From Burkholderiales bacterium (lineage in GTDB: Bacteria > Pseudomonadota > Gammaproteobacteria > Burkholderiales > SG8-39), in the NCBI GenBank assembly GCA_040902335.1, contig JBBDXL010000101.1:24579-88578 (forward strand): DNA of 64,000 nt, read 5' to 3'. This document shows, piece by piece, positions 29,288-38,482 of the stretch. The first letter of the stretch is position 1. Every line of letters starts with the position of its first letter. Position numbers and translations under genes: made by a program. Under the pieces are notes generated by a model. That model searched no databases, had not been told where the DNA came from, and saw nothing but the letters and a program-made list of their open reading frames with translations.

Positions 29288-30564
29288 GTGCCCCGGTCGA
29301 CCTCGTCGGCGAGCCGCCTGAGCGCCGGCGCGATCCGAACTTCGGGCGCGGGCAGCCGCGCGAGCTCCGCCAGGCAGCGCGCGCGCGCTTGTGCAAGCGT
29401 CGGCTGCGCGAGGCGGCGCCCGCCGCGCATCACGGGCTCGAGCAGCGCCGCGCCCGTCTGCGCGTCGCCTTCCAGCGTGATCACGTCGCGCGCGAAGCAC
29501 CCGCGCGCATCGAGCGAGCGCCAGACCTGCTTGCGCCCCGGCCAGGTCGCCTTGCCGGTGGAGCGCTTGCGCCGCGGCCGCCCCGCGTATTCCTGCAGCT
29601 TGTACACCGCGTCGAGATAGGGCGCGTCGGCCGAGGTGGTGAGGCTGGTGCCCACGCCGAAGCTGTCGATGGGTGCGCCCGCGGCGAGCAGCGCCGCGAT
29701 GCGCGCCTCGTCCAGGTTGCCGCTCGCGAAGATGATCGCCTCGCGCTGCCCGGCGTCGTCGAGGATCCGGCGCACCTTGCGCGACAGATCGTCCAGCTCG
29801 CCGCTGTCCAGGCGCACGCCCTTCAACTTTCCGGGCGTCGCCGCGGCGCGCCGCGCCCCCTGCAGCGTGTCGTAGGTGTCCACCAGCAGCACGGCGTTGT
29901 CCGGAAACGCGGCGGCGAAATGCGCGAAGGCCGCGGCTTCGCTCTCGTGCGCCTGGACGAAGGAGTGCGCCATGGTGCCGAAGACGGGGATGCCGAAGCG
30001 CGGCGCGGCGAGCGCGGTGGCGCTGCCGTCGAAGCCGGCGAGCCAGGCGGCGCGCGCGGCGTACAGGCCGGCTTCCGCGCCGTGCGCGCGGCGCAGCCCG
30101 AAGTCGATCAGCCCCTTGCCGGGCGCGGCGCGGCGCACGTGCGCCGCCTTCGAGGCGATCACGGTCTGGAAGTGAACCAGGTTGAGGAGCCGCGTCTCGG
30201 CGAGCTGCGCCTCGGGCATCGGCGCGGCCACGCGCAGGATCGGCTCGTCGGGGAAAAAGAGCGTCCCTTCCGGCATGGCGTGCACCTCGCCGGTGAAGCG
30301 CAGGCGCTCGAGGCGCGCGGCGAAGTCCGGCTTGAAGTGCCCCGAGCGCCCGATCCACTCCAGCTCCTCGGGCCCGAAGCGCAGGCCCTCCAGGTAGTCC
30401 AGCGCCTGCTCCAGCCCCGCCGCGACCAGGAACTCGCGCCCCGGCGGCAGCTTTCTGACAAAGAGCTCGAACACCGCGGTCTGCGTCATGTCCTGCTCGT
30501 AATAGGCCTGCAGCATGGTGAGCTGGTACAGGTCGGTGAGCAGCGGGCTCGCGTGCGCGTCCAT
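29284..30564 (-). CDS. pncB: nicotinate phosphoribosyltransferase family protein
   Basis: 426 aa. MDAHASPLLTDLYQLTMLQAYY, GTMAHSFVQAH, LRLDSG-like VRLDSGEL. Confidence 0.9.
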   Translation of the reverse strand: MDAHASPLLTDLYQLTMLQAYYEQDMTQTAVFELFVRKLPPGREFLVAAGLEQALDYLEGLRFGPEELEWIGRSGHFKPDFAARLERLRFTGEVHAMPEGTLFFPDEPILRVAAPMPEAQLAETRLLNLVHFQTVIASKAAHVRRAAPGKGLIDFGLRRAHGAEAGLYAARAAWLAGFDGSATALAAPRFGIPVFGTMAHSFVQAHESEAAAFAHFAAAFPDNAVLLVDTYDTLQGARRAAATPGKLKGVRLDSGELDDLSRKVRRILDDAGQREAIIFASGNLDEARIAALLAAGAPIDSFGVGTSLTTSADAPYLDAVYKLQEYAGRPRRKRSTGKATWPGRKQVWRSLDARGCFARDVITLEGDAQTGAALLEPVMRGGRRLAQPTLAQARARCLAELARLPAPEVRIAPALRRLADEVDRGT

Positions 30565-30597
30565 GCGGGCACCCTAGGGCGGGGACGGAAGCGCGGT

Positions 30598-30611
30598 TTG
30601 ACGCAAGTCAA
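30598..30611. promoter_or_regulatory. FNR-type box TTGACGCAAGTCAA
   Basis: The centre at 30604.5 is 40.5 bp from the NAPRTase ATG 30564. TAGGGT lies at -12 to -7. Confidence 0.75.
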
Positions 30612-30670
30612 CGGCGCGTGCTGCGAACGCCGGAGGTCAGCGAGTGACCTGTTCGCCCGGCTTTTTTGCC

Positions 30671-30931
30671 CTAAACACGTTTGCGTTGCTTCTTTCTGGC
30701 GCCTGCGCTCCGGTAGCGCTTTGCCATGGCTGCTTTCTCCGCTTCTCTGCCTTTGGCGAGCTCGGTGACCCTCTTCAACTCGAACTCTCTTGCTTGCCTC
30801 CGTGCCGTCACCTCCAGCGCCTTTTCTTCCTCCGTAGGCGGATTCCAGTCGAGAAATTTCGGCCTCAGATTCTGAAAATAGGCGGTGGAGGATTGCTTGC
30901 CTCTCTCTGCTTTCGGCTTTTTGGCTTTCAT
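30671..30931 (-). CDS. hypothetical small Lys/Glu-rich protein
   Basis: 86 aa with atypical codons (AAA, AGA, GCA) in a low-GC patch. It has no recognisable domain. The overlapping + ORF 30644..31003 looks less protein-like. Confidence 0.35.
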   Translation of the reverse strand: MKAKKPKAERGKQSSTAYFQNLRPKFLDWNPPTEEEKALEVTARRQAREFELKRVTELAKGREAEKAAMAKRYRSAGARKKQRKRV

Positions 30932-31019
30932 CTTGGCTGCTTCCGGTCAGGACGCGCCCTCATGCCGGGATCTTCGCATGCCGGGCGGCGAAACCCCGGA
31001 TAGTGTGCGCCGCGTCGAA

Positions 31020-31820
31020 CTACAGAGTCGCCCCCGGCTGCCCCAGCGCCTTCTCGGCGAGCTGCAGGACGATCCAGTCGAAGGCCTCGTCGACGGAGTC
31101 GGTGCGGTGCACCAGCTCAACGTCTTCCGGGTCGATCATGCCATGGCGCGCGAGCGCGTCGAAGTTGACGATCTCGCGCCAGTACTCGGTGCCGAAGAGC
31201 ACGATGGGCATGGGCTTGCGCATTTTGCGCGTCTGCACCAGCGTCAAGAGCTCGAACAGCTCGTCCAGGGTTCCGTAGCCGCCCGGAAACACGATCACCG
31301 CCTTCGCCAGGTAAGCGAACCAGAACTTGCGCATGAAGAAGTAGTGGAAGTGGAAGGCGAGCTCGCGCGTGACGTAGGGGTTGTCGAATTCCTCCACCGG
31401 AATCGAGATCGTGAGGCCGACGTTCAAGCCCTTCGCCTCGGCCGCGCCGCGGTTGGCCGCCTCCATGATCCCGGGGCCGCCGCCGGTGCACACCACGAAG
31501 CGGCGCTCCTCGTGGTCGAGCGCCTTCGACCAGTTCGTCAGGCGAAAGGCGAACTCGCGCGCGGCTTCGTAATAGGCGGACATCTTCAGCGCGGTCTGCG
31601 CCTTTTCGCCGCCGCCTTTGCGCACCCTCTCCTCGGCGGCCTCGCGCGACTGGATGCGCGCCGAGCCCATGAAGACGATGGTGTCTTCCACCTTGAAATG
31701 GTCGAAGCGGCTCTTGGGCTCGAAATACTCCGACAGGATGCGCAACGGACGCGCGTCCTTGCTGTTGAGGAAGGACGGGTTCTGGTAGGCCTTGGGGGTG
31801 GCGCGCTTGCGGTCGGTCAT
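31020..31820 (-). CDS. LOG-family (TIGR00730-type) nucleotide 5'-monophosphate nucleosidase
   Basis: VCTGGGPGIMEAANRGA and PGGYGTLDELFE motifs. I place the start at ATG 31820 (MTDRKRATPKAYQNPSF). Confidence 0.85.
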   Translation of the reverse strand: MTDRKRATPKAYQNPSFLNSKDARPLRILSEYFEPKSRFDHFKVEDTIVFMGSARIQSREAAEERVRKGGGEKAQTALKMSAYYEAAREFAFRLTNWSKALDHEERRFVVCTGGGPGIMEAANRGAAEAKGLNVGLTISIPVEEFDNPYVTRELAFHFHYFFMRKFWFAYLAKAVIVFPGGYGTLDELFELLTLVQTRKMRKPMPIVLFGTEYWREIVNFDALARHGMIDPEDVELVHRTDSVDEAFDWIVLQLAEKALGQPGATL

Positions 31821-32046
31821 GCGGGGATGGTAACCGGGGTGGGGCAAGCGTGAAATTCGGGCTGCTATAGGGAGTTTCCGTGCGGCGCTTGGGAGCGCAG
31901 GGCTGGGTGTGAGGACAGCCAATGGCTGCTATCGGCGGCGGGTTCAACTGATCGATGTGATGTTCTGCTGGGTAGGGCAATTGAGTTTTTCAACAGAATA
32001 GGCGAAGAGCCGCCATTCGCACGTTCCAGGCTTGCAATGGGAATGG

Positions 32047-32355
32047 CTACCAGCGTATGCCCGCTGTAGCCGTGGGCGCGCGAACGGCTCGGTCCCCCGC
32101 GTTGCCGCATCCGATCAGGGCGGTGGCCGTGCGCAGGGTATCCTTGAGCATCCAAGCCAGGACGTGTTCTTTCGCATTGGGCTCGCTCTCGACGCGCACC
32201 AGGGCGCGCGCGATGCACGCGTCGCACGAGTACGGCGCCGCGCTGTCACGCGGCAGAGGCGCTTTCGCTTGGTCCAAAGCGCCGCCAGTCGCGGCGATCG
32301 CCGCGGCGAACAAGAGCGCCGCGGGAAGCTGATAGAGATACTTCGCATGCCCCAT
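32047..32355 (-). CDS. hypothetical secreted Cys-containing protein
   Basis: From ATG 32355, with a GGAGG Shine-Dalgarno sequence. The signal-peptide-like N-terminus is MGHAKYLYQLPAALLFAAAIAATGGA. Lower-GC region. Confidence 0.4.
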   Translation of the reverse strand: MGHAKYLYQLPAALLFAAAIAATGGALDQAKAPLPRDSAAPYSCDACIARALVRVESEPNAKEHVLAWMLKDTLRTATALIGCGNAGDRAVRAPTATAGIRW

Positions 32356-32508
32356 GGGGACCTCCGGCCAGACGCTTGGCTCCCCTTTCCGGTCTGGCGC
32401 CAAGCTCGAAAGAGCATGCGCCGATTAGCGCACGAGTTTTATTTCCTGACCGAATTTGACCCTTCGGCGATACCGGCTCTAAGGGACAGCCTGCTCAATC
32501 CGCCGCTC

Positions 32509-34212
32509 CTAGCCAGTCGGCCGCGCCAGCCAGCGCCTCACCTCCCCAAGCGGCCGCGCGTTGAGGACATCGCTATTCTCCAGCCACCCGCGCCGCGCCT
32601 GCCCCACTCCGTACCGCAGCACGTCGAACCCGTCCACCCCGTGCGCGTCCGAGCCGATGCTGACCAGCACGCCCTCGTCCTTGGCCATGCGGCAATGCAC
32701 GTCGTTCAGATCGAGCCGGTCGGGTTGCGCGTTCAATTCCAGCGCCACGCCCAGGCGCTTCGCCTTGCGCATCACCGCGAGCATGTCGAGCTCATACGCT
32801 TCGCGCTCGCCAATCAGCCGCCCCGTGGGGTGCGCGAGGATGGATACGTGCGGGTTGCACAGCGCCTTGAGAACGCGCGCGGTCTGCCGCGCGCGCGACA
32901 GGCCGAAACCGCCGTGCACCGCCGCAACCACCAAGTCGAGCTTCGCCAAAACGGAGTCCGGAAGGTCGAGACCGCCGTCCTCCAGGATGTCCACCTCGAT
33001 GCCCTTCAGCACTGTGATGCCGCGCAGATCCCGGTTCACGTCGTCGATTTCCGCGATCTGCTTTTCCAGGCGCCGCGGATCGAGCCCGTGCGCCATCGCC
33101 AGGCGCCGCGAATGGTCGGTGACGGCGAAGTACTCGAAGCCGCGCGAATGCGCCGCGAGCGCCATCTCGCGCACGGTGTTGCGCCCGTCGGTGGCGCTGG
33201 TGTGCGCGTGCAGGTCGCCGCGCAGGTCGGCAAGCGCCACCAGGCGTGGCAGCGCGCCGCGGCGCGCCGCCTCGAGCTCGCCCTGGTTCTCGCGCAGCTC
33301 CGGCTCGATGTAGGGCAGCCCGACCGCGGCGTAGACGGATTCCTCGGTCTTCCCCGCGACGCGCTTCTCGCCCCGCCACACCCCGTACTCGTTGATCTTC
33401 AGCCCGCGCGCGATGCCGAGCTTGCGCACCGCGATGTTGTGCGCCTTCGAGCCGGTGAAGTAATGCAGCGCCGCGCCGTAGCTCTCGCGCGGCACGACGC
33501 GCAGGTCGGCCTGGATGCCCGAGGCGAGCCGCACGCTGGAGCGCGTCGTGCCCTGGGCGAGGACTTCACGCACCTCAGGGTACTCGACGAAACGTGCGCT
33601 CACCTTTTCCGGCTGGTCGGAGACGACGAGGAAATCCAGGTCGCCGACCGTGTCCTTCCTCCTGCGGTAGCTTCCCGCGACCACCGCGCCCAGGTACTTC
33701 GCCAGCGGCTCGGCGTACTGCGCCGCGAGGGCGAGCTTGAAGCGCCGCGGCGCGGCGAGCTGCGCTTGCGCGGCGTCGACGATGCGCTGCGCCGTCTTCT
33801 CGCCGAACCCCGGCAGGGCGGGAAGCTTCCCCGCGCGCGCGGCGCGCCGCAGGTCTTCCAATGAGCCGATGCGGGCTGCGCGCAAGGCGCGCACGCGCTT
33901 CGGCCCGAGCCCGGGCAGCGCAAGCAGCGCGGTGATGCCGGCGGGGAACCTGCGGCGCAGCTGCGCGAGCAGCTTGCAGCTGCCGGTGGCCGCGATCTCG
34001 TGGATCTTGCCGTCGAGGTCCGCGCCGATTCCCGGGAGCTTGGGCAGCGCGGCGCCCTCGGCGAGCGTTGCGGCGAGGTCCAGGCTCAGGCCGCCCACCA
34101 CGCGCGCCGCGTTGCGGTAGGCGCGCACGCGGAACGGGTTCTCGTCGCCGAGCTCGAGCAGGTCGGCTATCTCCTCGAAGGCGGCGGCGATGTCCGCGTT
34201 GTGCACCGGCAT
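32509..34212 (-). CDS. polX: family X DNA polymerase with C-terminal PHP phosphoesterase domain
   Basis: 567 aa. HhH motifs (LPGIGADLDGKI, LPGLGPKRV), nucleotidyltransferase GSYRRRKDTVGDLDFLV, and PHP domain DLHAHTSATDG...AVTDHS...GSDAH. Confidence 0.9.
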   Translation of the reverse strand: MPVHNADIAAAFEEIADLLELGDENPFRVRAYRNAARVVGGLSLDLAATLAEGAALPKLPGIGADLDGKIHEIAATGSCKLLAQLRRRFPAGITALLALPGLGPKRVRALRAARIGSLEDLRRAARAGKLPALPGFGEKTAQRIVDAAQAQLAAPRRFKLALAAQYAEPLAKYLGAVVAGSYRRRKDTVGDLDFLVVSDQPEKVSARFVEYPEVREVLAQGTTRSSVRLASGIQADLRVVPRESYGAALHYFTGSKAHNIAVRKLGIARGLKINEYGVWRGEKRVAGKTEESVYAAVGLPYIEPELRENQGELEAARRGALPRLVALADLRGDLHAHTSATDGRNTVREMALAAHSRGFEYFAVTDHSRRLAMAHGLDPRRLEKQIAEIDDVNRDLRGITVLKGIEVDILEDGGLDLPDSVLAKLDLVVAAVHGGFGLSRARQTARVLKALCNPHVSILAHPTGRLIGEREAYELDMLAVMRKAKRLGVALELNAQPDRLDLNDVHCRMAKDEGVLVSIGSDAHGVDGFDVLRYGVGQARRGWLENSDVLNARPLGEVRRWLARPTG

Positions 34213-34247
34213 GGAAGCTCAGCGTGGCGCGGCGGCGCGGCGGCGTC

Positions 34248-34261
34248 TTGACCGGGATCAA
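34248..34261. promoter_or_regulatory. FNR-type box TTGACCGGGATCAA shared by divergent genes
   Basis: Centre at 34254.5. The polX ATG 34212 is at -42.5. ATG 34295 is at +40.5, with TAGCCT at -12 to -7. Confidence 0.75.
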
Positions 34262-34294
34262 ACCGGCCTGCCGGCGGCGCGCTAGCCTGCCTTC

Positions 34295-34612
34295 ATGAAA
34301 GCGATCGCGAAGCACGTCTTCCACCGCTGCGGCCGCGCGGTGAGCCGGCTCGTCGAGGCCGGTCTCGCACCTCGCCCGGAAATGCCGACAAGCGAGGCCG
34401 AGGTGCACGAATGGTGGCTGGTGTCGGCGCCGCTCGGCGCAAAGCTGCGCGAGCGCGGCGCGCCGGTGCTGGAGTTCTGCGAGCTCTCGATGTGGGGCCG
34501 CGCGGAAACCGGCAGCCCGCTGGAGAAGGACGCCGACCTCGCGGCGGCCCTCAGTGATCTTCGAGCCGCGGCACGCCCTCTTCGGCGGGCCCCCCGGTCT
34601 CGGAGTCGATGA
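34295..34612 (+). CDS. hypothetical protein
   Basis: 105 aa with no recognisable motif. Its 3' end overlaps the convergent ORF 34551..34832 by 62 nt. It is supported mainly by its position relative to box F. Confidence 0.4.
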   Translation: MKAIAKHVFHRCGRAVSRLVEAGLAPRPEMPTSEAEVHEWWLVSAPLGAKLRERGAPVLEFCELSMWGRAETGSPLEKDADLAAALSDLRAAARPLRRAPRSRSR

Positions 34613-34832
34613 AGTCCGACATGCCGATCTCATTCTCGGCCTCCGCCAGGGTCTCGCCCGGCTCGAGGTTCCGCTCGCCGCCGAGCTCCATGTCCTGCAC
34701 CGCCTCGAGCAGCGTGGCGAAGGGGCCGTACTCGCGCCCGCCTTCCTTGTCCTGCCAGTAGACGCCGTCGGGCCGCTCCACGATGCGCGTGCGGTCGTAG
34801 TCGGGCGCGGTCTCGGGGATTTTCTGGGTCAT
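34551..34832 (-). CDS. hypothetical acidic protein
   Basis: 93 aa with normal composition (MTQKIPETAPDYDRTRIVERPDGVYWQDKEGGREYGPFATLLEAVQDME...). No recognisable domain. Confidence 0.5.
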   Translation of the reverse strand: MTQKIPETAPDYDRTRIVERPDGVYWQDKEGGREYGPFATLLEAVQDMELGGERNLEPGETLAEAENEIGMSDFIDSETGGPAEEGVPRLEDH

Positions 34833-34848
34833 GGCACCGCTATCTTAC

Positions 34849-34862
34849 TTGATGGAGATCAA
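34849..34862. promoter_or_regulatory. FNR-type box TTGATGGAGATCAA (perfect consensus)
   Basis: The centre at 34855.5 is 40.5 bp from ATG 34896 on the plus strand. It is only 23.5 bp from ATG 34832 on the minus strand. Confidence 0.75.
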
Positions 34863-34895
34863 TCCGCCAGCCCGCAAGCATGAAAATCTGGCGCC

Positions 34896-35057
34896 ATGGC
34901 CTTGGAGCGCTTCCACCGCAGGGTGATCGCGGGCGCGTTGGGCGCGTTCGGCGTCGTGCTCATGCTCGCCGCGCCCGACACGCTCGCCGGGCTGGCGGTG
35001 CTCGCGCTCGCGGTGGCGATCGAAGTCGCGGGCATTCTGATCGAGCGCCGGCGCTAG
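34896..35057 (+). CDS. small two-TM membrane protein (53 aa; not in the ORF track)
   Basis: My own translation: MALERFHRRVIAGALGAFGVVLMLAAPDTLAGLAVLALAVAIEVAGILIERRR, ending at TAG 35055..35057. Its ATG is 40.5 bp from box G. The track ORF 34880..35254 has a junk N-terminus in another frame. Confidence 0.4.
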   Translation: MALERFHRRVIAGALGAFGVVLMLAAPDTLAGLAVLALAVAIEVAGILIERRR

Positions 35058-35074
35058 CGGCCGCAGCCACGCGC

Positions 35075-35254
35075 ATGCCCTGGAACGAAGCCTTCTACCC
35101 CGACTCGATGAAGAACCTGCCGCCGCGCGTGCGCGCCAAGGCGATCGAGATCGCCAACGCGCTGCTCGAGTCCGGGCACCCCGAGGGCCGGGCGATCCGC
35201 ATCGGCATCGCGCACGGCAAGCGCTGGGCCTTGCGCCATACTCCCGGGCAATGA
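35075..35254 (+). CDS. small conserved protein, possibly ChaB-like
   Basis: C-terminal 59 aa of ORF 34880..35254: MPWNEAFYPDSMKNLPPRVRAKAIEIANALLESGHPEGRAIRIGIAHGKRWA. The family assignment is tentative. Confidence 0.45.
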   Translation: MPWNEAFYPDSMKNLPPRVRAKAIEIANALLESGHPEGRAIRIGIAHGKRWALRHTPGQ

Positions 35255-36141
35255 ACCCCGCCGCCCTTCTCGCCGGCGACGCGCACCCGCAGCTCGCGCA
35301 GGACATCGCGCGCGAAGCCGGGTTGCCGCTCCTGCCCGCGCAGATCTCCGCCTTCGCCGACGGCGAGACGCGCGTGAAGATCGACGCCGACGTGCAGGGC
35401 GTTCACCTCGGCATCGTGCAGCCGACCCCGGCGCCCGTGGGCGAGCGGCTGGTCACGCTCGCGCTCCTCGCCGACGCCGCGCGCGCCGCGGGGGCGGCGA
35501 GCGTCACCGCGCTCATGCCCTACTTCGGCTTCGCGCGCCAGGACGTGCGCGGCGCGAGCGGCGAGCCGCGCTCGGCGCAGCTCGCCGCGCGCCTGCTCGC
35601 CGCCGCGGGCATCGAGCGCGTGGTGGTGCTCGAGCTGCACTCGAGCGCGCTGGAGAGCGCTTTTCCGATGCCCGTCACGCAGTTGCGCGCCGACGATGCC
35701 GTGCTGCCGCTGCTGCACGGGCGCGGCTACACGCTGGTCTCGCCCGACGCGGGCGGCATGAAGCGCGCGCAGCGCTACGCGATGGCGCTCGGCGCGCCGC
35801 TCGCCGCGGTCGCCAAGCAGCGCACCGGCGTCGACGCCGCGGTGCCGCTGCAAGTGCTGGGCGAGGTGCGCGGCGCCTCCTGCCTGCTGGTCGACGACAT
35901 GGCGAGCACCGGCCGCACGCTCGCGGGCGCGGCGCAGGCGCTCGCCGCCGCGGGCGCGTCCGAGGTGCACGCGTTCTTCGTGCACGCGGTGATGGCGCCG
36001 GGCGCGCTCGAGCGCATCCGCGCGGCGGGCGTGCGCCGCATTCTGACCACCGACAGCGTGCGCCCCGTGACCGACCCGGGGGTCGAAGGGGTGCCGGTGG
36101 CGCCGCTGTTCGCGGCCGCACTGCGCGCCGGCTTGCGCTAG
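35251..36141 (+). CDS. ribose-phosphate pyrophosphokinase (PRPP synthetase) family protein
   Basis: 296 aa. FADGETRVKI, MPYFGFARQD, LVSPDAGGMKRA, LLVDDMASTGRTL. The ATG overlaps the upstream stop (ATGA). Confidence 0.85.
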   Translation: MNPAALLAGDAHPQLAQDIAREAGLPLLPAQISAFADGETRVKIDADVQGVHLGIVQPTPAPVGERLVTLALLADAARAAGAASVTALMPYFGFARQDVRGASGEPRSAQLAARLLAAAGIERVVVLELHSSALESAFPMPVTQLRADDAVLPLLHGRGYTLVSPDAGGMKRAQRYAMALGAPLAAVAKQRTGVDAAVPLQVLGEVRGASCLLVDDMASTGRTLAGAAQALAAAGASEVHAFFVHAVMAPGALERIRAAGVRRILTTDSVRPVTDPGVEGVPVAPLFAAALRAGLR

Positions 36142-36146
36142 ATCAA
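36133..36146. promoter_or_regulatory. imperfect FNR-type box TTGCGCTAGATCAA
   Basis: The left half-site has two mismatches. The centre at 36139.5 is 40.5 bp from ATG 36180, with AAGAAT at -12 to -7. The box overlaps the stop of the Prs-like gene. Confidence 0.5.
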
Positions 36147-36179
36147 GAAGGCGGGAGCCTCGCGGGCAAGAATGCTGTC

Positions 36180-36833
36180 ATGAGCAGGATCTTCGACTCC
36201 CGCCTCGACGCCGCCCGGCGCCTCGCGCAGGCGCTCGGCGCCTACAAGGGCCGCAACCCGCTGGTGCTCGCCATCCCGCGCGGCGCGGTCGCCATGGGCG
36301 CCGAAATCGCGCGGCTGCTGGAGGGCGAGCTCGACGTGGTGCTGGTGAAGAAGCTGCACGCGCCGGGCAGCCCCGAGTTCGCCGTCGGCGCCGTGGACGA
36401 AAGCGGCTGGACCTATGTCGCCGGCTACGCGGCCTCGGCGGGCGCGGACCAGGCCTATCTCGCGCGCGAGAAGGACGCGGAGCTCGCGCTCCTGCGCCGC
36501 CGCCGCGCGCAGTACACCCCCGCGCGCGCGCCGGCGGATCCCGCGGGCCGCGTGGCGATCGTGGTGGACGACGGCATCGCCACCGGCGCGAGCATGATCG
36601 CCGCATTGCACGCGGTGCGCGCCAAGAAGCCCGCGCGCCTGGTGTGCGCCGTGCCGGTCGCGCCGGCCGACAGCCTGGAGCAGATCCGGCCCTACGCCGA
36701 CGAGCTCGTCTGCCTGGAGACGCCCGAGGGCTTCATGGCCGTGGGCCAGTTCTACCGCCACTTCGAGCAGGTCGAGGACGACGAGGTGGTCGCGCTGCTC
36801 GCGCGCCATGGCAAACGCACCGCCGCCGCCTGA
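36180..36833 (+). CDS. type I phosphoribosyltransferase-fold protein
   Basis: 217 aa. The PRPP-binding loop is VAIVVDDGIATGASM. Confidence 0.85.
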   Translation: MSRIFDSRLDAARRLAQALGAYKGRNPLVLAIPRGAVAMGAEIARLLEGELDVVLVKKLHAPGSPEFAVGAVDESGWTYVAGYAASAGADQAYLAREKDAELALLRRRRAQYTPARAPADPAGRVAIVVDDGIATGASMIAALHAVRAKKPARLVCAVPVAPADSLEQIRPYADELVCLETPEGFMAVGQFYRHFEQVEDDEVVALLARHGKRTAAA

Positions 36834-38427
36834 CACGCTGAAGGCGCTGTTCGAGGCGAGCTGCGCGCGCTGGCGCGAGCGTCCCGCCTTCACCAGCATG
36901 GGCGTGACGCTTTCCTACGGCGAAGTGGAGCGGCGCTCGGCCGCCTTCGGCGCATTCCTGCGCGGCAGGCTCGGGCTCGCGCCCGGCGAGCGCGTCGCCC
37001 TCATGCTGCCGAACGTCCTGCAGTACCCGATCGCGCTCATCGGCGCGCTGCGCGCGGGGCTCGCGGTGGTGAACGTGAACCCGCTCTACACCGCGCCCGA
37101 GCTGCGCTACCAGCTCGAGGACTCCGGCGCGACGGCGCTCGTGGTGCTGGAGAATTTCGCGCACACGGCCGAGCACGCGCTCGCCGGCACGCGCGTGCGG
37201 CACGTGATCACCACGCAGCTGGGCGACGCGTTCCCGGCGCCCAAGCGCTGGGTCGTCAACTTCGCCGTCAAGCACGTGAAGAAGATGGTGCCTGCCTGGC
37301 GCATCCCGGGCGCTATCGCCTTCAGGGATGCACAGGCACCCGAGCTTCCCGCGACCCCCGTGCGTCCCGAGGACGTCGCCTTCCTGCAGTACACCGGCGG
37401 CACCACCGGCCGGCCGAAGGGCGCGGTGCTCACGCACGCCAACATGGCCGCGAACGTGCGCCAGACCCTGGGCTGGGCCGGCGCGGCGCTCGCCGAGGGC
37501 GAGGAGACCGTGGTCACCGCGCTGCCGCTGTATCACGTGTTCGCGCTCACCGCGAACCTGCTGCTGTTTTTCAGGCTCGGCGCCAACAACCTGCTGATCG
37601 TCAACCCGCGCGACCTGGCCGCCTTCGTCGCCGAATTGAAGCGCACGCGCTTCTCCGGCATCACCGGCGTGAATACGCTTTACGCGGCGTTGCTCGATGC
37701 CCCCGGTTTCGACGAGGTGTGCCGGGCGAACGCCGGCGCGCTCAAGATCTCGGTCGCGGGCGGCATGGCCGTGCAGCGCGCCGTGGCCGAGCGCTGGCAG
37801 CGCGCCATGGGCGCGCCGCTGGTCGAGGGCTACGGGCTCACCGAGGCTTCGCCCAACGTGTGCGCCAACGCGATCGACGCGCGCGAGTTCAGCGGCAAGC
37901 TCGGGCGCCCGCTGCCCGAGACCGAGGTGACGATCCGCAGCGGGCAGGGCGCCGAGCTCGCGCGCGGCGAGGCGGGCGAGATCTGCGTGCGCGGCCCGCA
38001 GGTGATGCGCGGCTACTGGAACGCGCCGGAGGAAACCGCGCAGGCCTTCTTTCCCGGCGGCTGGCTGCGCACCGGGGATCTCGGGCGCATCGACGAGCGC
38101 GGCATCGTAGAGTTCGTAGACCGGCTGAAGGACGTGATCGTGGTCTCCGGTTTCAAGGCCTACCCGAGCGAGATCGAGGCGGTGGCGCTCGAGCATCCGG
38201 GCGTGAAGGATGCCGGTGCCGCCGGCGTGCCGCATGCGAAGAGCGGCGAGGCGGTGGCGCTCTACGTCGTGAAGCGCGATCCGTCGCTCACCGCCGAGGC
38301 GCTCGCCGCGCACTGCGCCGAGCGGCTCACGCCGTACAAGCGGCCGGTGCGCATCGAGTTCCGCGACGCGCTGCCCAAGTCGCCGCTCGGCAAGGTGCTG
38401 CACCGCGAGCTGCGCGCGAGCGCCTAA
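36808..38427 (+). CDS. long-chain-fatty-acid--CoA ligase (AMP-binding, FadD-like)
   Basis: 539 aa. [62 protein letters not shown]. Confidence 0.9.
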   Translation: MANAPPPPDTLKALFEASCARWRERPAFTSMGVTLSYGEVERRSAAFGAFLRGRLGLAPGERVALMLPNVLQYPIALIGALRAGLAVVNVNPLYTAPELRYQLEDSGATALVVLENFAHTAEHALAGTRVRHVITTQLGDAFPAPKRWVVNFAVKHVKKMVPAWRIPGAIAFRDAQAPELPATPVRPEDVAFLQYTGGTTGRPKGAVLTHANMAANVRQTLGWAGAALAEGEETVVTALPLYHVFALTANLLLFFRLGANNLLIVNPRDLAAFVAELKRTRFSGITGVNTLYAALLDAPGFDEVCRANAGALKISVAGGMAVQRAVAERWQRAMGAPLVEGYGLTEASPNVCANAIDAREFSGKLGRPLPETEVTIRSGQGAELARGEAGEICVRGPQVMRGYWNAPEETAQAFFPGGWLRTGDLGRIDERGIVEFVDRLKDVIVVSGFKAYPSEIEAVALEHPGVKDAGAAGVPHAKSGEAVALYVVKRDPSLTAEALAAHCAERLTPYKRPVRIEFRDALPKSPLGKVLHRELRASA

Positions 38428-38482
38428 ACCGACCTTCAGGGGCGTCGATGAAGCACATCGAGAAAGCTCGTCGAGCGGCGCT

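Noticed and set aside
31981-31993. TTGAGTTTTTCAA palindrome-like sequence in the low-GC spacer
   Set aside because: The half-site spacing is 3 rather than 4, and the half-sites are degenerate. It does not fit the box pattern used elsewhere.
34880-35074. N-terminal part of track ORF 34880..35254 (MKIWRHGLGALPPQGDRGRVGRVRRR...)
   Set aside because: It is an Arg-rich junk frame. The region is better explained by a 53-aa two-TM ORF in another frame (34896..35057), followed by the 59-aa gene starting at ATG 35075.
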